A stretch of 64,000 bases of DNA from an uncultured delta proteobacterium (GTDB lineage Bacteria; Myxococcota; Myxococcia; Myxococcales; Anaeromyxobacteraceae): positions 32,001 through 96,000 of the forward strand of contig CAWJSR010000058.1 in assembly GCA_963845515.1 (NCBI GenBank), written 5' to 3'. The notes below the pieces were generated by a model. That model had not been told where the DNA came from. It did no database searches and worked only from the letters and a program-made list of their open reading frames with translations. Positions 62,669 through 64,000 of the stretch are shown here, in pieces (the first letter of the stretch is position 1; each line of letters begins with the position of its first letter). The translations under genes and the position numbers were made by a program.

Positions 62669-63487
62669 ATGGCCTTCCCCGAGAACCGCGCCGCCCGCCT
62701 CGCCGCCGGCACCCTCCTCCCCTTCCGCGCGGCGCGCCTCCTCCTCGACCGGCGCGAGCTCTGGTCGCTCGCGCTGGCGCCGATCGCGCTGACGCTCGTA
62801 GGCCTCGTGGGCGGGCTCATCGCCGCCGGCCCCCTCTCCGGCTGGCTCCTGCGGCTCGGGTGGGCCGAGCCCGCTGGCTGGCTAGCCGCCCTGTGGTGGC
62901 TGACGCGCGCGGCGATCTTCCTCGCGCTCCTCTACGCCTTCGCGGTCGCCTTCCCCATCGCGCTCTCCGCGCCGTTCGCCGACCAGCTCTCTGCGAAGGT
63001 CGAGCGGCTGGAGCTGGGCGCTGCCGACGAGGGTGGGCTCGGGCGCATGGCGAAGGAGGTGACGGTCGGCGTCTGGCACGCGCTCGCGCGGGTCACCCTG
63101 CTCATCGCCGGGTACGTGCTGCTCGCGCCGGCGCTCCTGCTCCCCGGGGCGTGGCCCGTCCTCGCCTTCCTGTGGACGGCGACCTGGGCATCCTTCGAGT
63201 GGCTCGACCTCCCCATGGCGCGTCACCTCCACGGCTTCTCGGAGGTCCGCGCCGCGCTGCGATCCATCCGCCCGCTCGGGCTGGGCTTCGGCGCGGTCCT
63301 CGGCGCCCTCTTCCTCGTGCCGCTCGCCAACCTCGTCGTGATCCCGGTCGGCGCGGTGGCAGGCACTTTGCTCTACTGCGATCTGGTCAGATCCGGGCGG
63401 GTTGCGCGCAGTGGGGCGCCCCCCTATGCTCCACCGGTCAGCGGGTTTTCCCCGCCGCCCTCGCCTCCCGGACGCCCTCAAGAATGA
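62669..63487 (+). CDS. EI24/CysZ domain membrane protein
   Basis: LSAPFADQLSAKVE, FEWLDLPMARH, LVPLANLVVIPVGAVAGTLLY. Confidence 0.85.
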   Translation: MAFPENRAARLAAGTLLPFRAARLLLDRRELWSLALAPIALTLVGLVGGLIAAGPLSGWLLRLGWAEPAGWLAALWWLTRAAIFLALLYAFAVAFPIALSAPFADQLSAKVERLELGAADEGGLGRMAKEVTVGVWHALARVTLLIAGYVLLAPALLLPGAWPVLAFLWTATWASFEWLDLPMARHLHGFSEVRAALRSIRPLGLGFGAVLGALFLVPLANLVVIPVGAVAGTLLYCDLVRSGRVARSGAPPYAPPVSGFSPPPSPPGRPQE

Positions 63488-64000
63488 TCCGCCCCTTCAG
63501 AATCGTCGCGACCCTTGCGGCCGCTGCAGCGCTCTTCCTCGGCACCAGCGAAGGCATCTCAAAGGCAGAGGCAGGCGCCGCCTCCACCGTCGCCTACCGC
63601 GGCTCGGGGACGTTCCAGCCGAAGCCCGACGAGCAGGGGCCCTACCAGCTCGACAAGCTCCTGATCGCCTCCAAGGCGATCCTGAACGTCACCGACTTCT
63701 ACGTCGATCCCACGCGCATCGAGCCGAAGCAGATGTTCGTCGGCGCGCTCCAGGCGATGGAGCGGACGGTGGCCGAGGTGATGGTCGACGGCGACGCCAG
63801 CTCCGAGAAGGTGAAGGTGACGGTCGGCTCCGCCTCGCGCGAGTTCCCGATCCAGGGGCTCGACACGGTCTGGAAGATGCGGACGCTCCTCGGCGAGGTG
63901 ATGTCCTTCGTCCAGCAGCACCTGGTCGCGCACGAGGACCTGAAGCAGATCGAGTACTCGGCTTCGAACGGCTTCCTGCAGCGGCTCGACCCGCACTCGC
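63484..64000 (+). CDS. MXAN_5808-family S41 carboxy-terminal peptidase (N-terminal part; runs off the window)
   Basis: Own translation: signal peptide, YVDPTRIEPKQMFVGAL, IEYSASNGFLQRLDPHS. Confidence 0.8.
   Translation, partial: MIRPFRIVATLAAAAALFLGTSEGISKAEAGAASTVAYRGSGTFQPKPDEQGPYQLDKLLIASKAILNVTDFYVDPTRIEPKQMFVGALQAMERTVAEVMVDGDASSEKVKVTVGSASREFPIQGLDTVWKMRTLLGEVMSFVQQHLVAHEDLKQIEYSASNGFLQRLDPHS

Overview
Very GC-rich bacterial DNA, most likely an Anaeromyxobacter-like member of Myxococcota, inferred from gene families such as the MXAN_5808-type peptidase, TIGR02265-like proteins and a MYXO-CTERM-like tail. In order, the window holds: the end of a [NiFe]-hydrogenase maturation operon (hypF-C-D-E-A-B); a degenerate PAS histidine kinase; plsC and maeB; a minus-strand ABC/LolA-like/outer-membrane/DUF302 cluster; Smr, pepF, an MFS transporter and thrH; an OM-barrel/esterase/M24-peptidase cluster; a 2.2-kb accessory patch between 51-bp direct repeats (methyltransferase, IS66 remnant); alaS and trmB; a second ABC system; ZIP-dusB and an mltD-like gene; a broken repeat surface protein; a moxR-DUF58-batABCDE operon; gshA; and an EGF-repeat surface protein. 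No rRNA, tRNA or CRISPR array was seen. The top candidate is an unannotated small membrane ORF (10346-10501, minus strand) whose in-frame UGA is followed directly by a SECIS-like hairpin and a coding-like extension, so it may be a selenoprotein. Also notable are a palindromic repeat family that inserts in-frame into proteins, and a duplicated promoter bounding the accessory patch. Many single-base frameshifts at 0-3 kb and 44-62 kb are probably sequencing or assembly errors. Family names come from motif recognition only; no searches were run.
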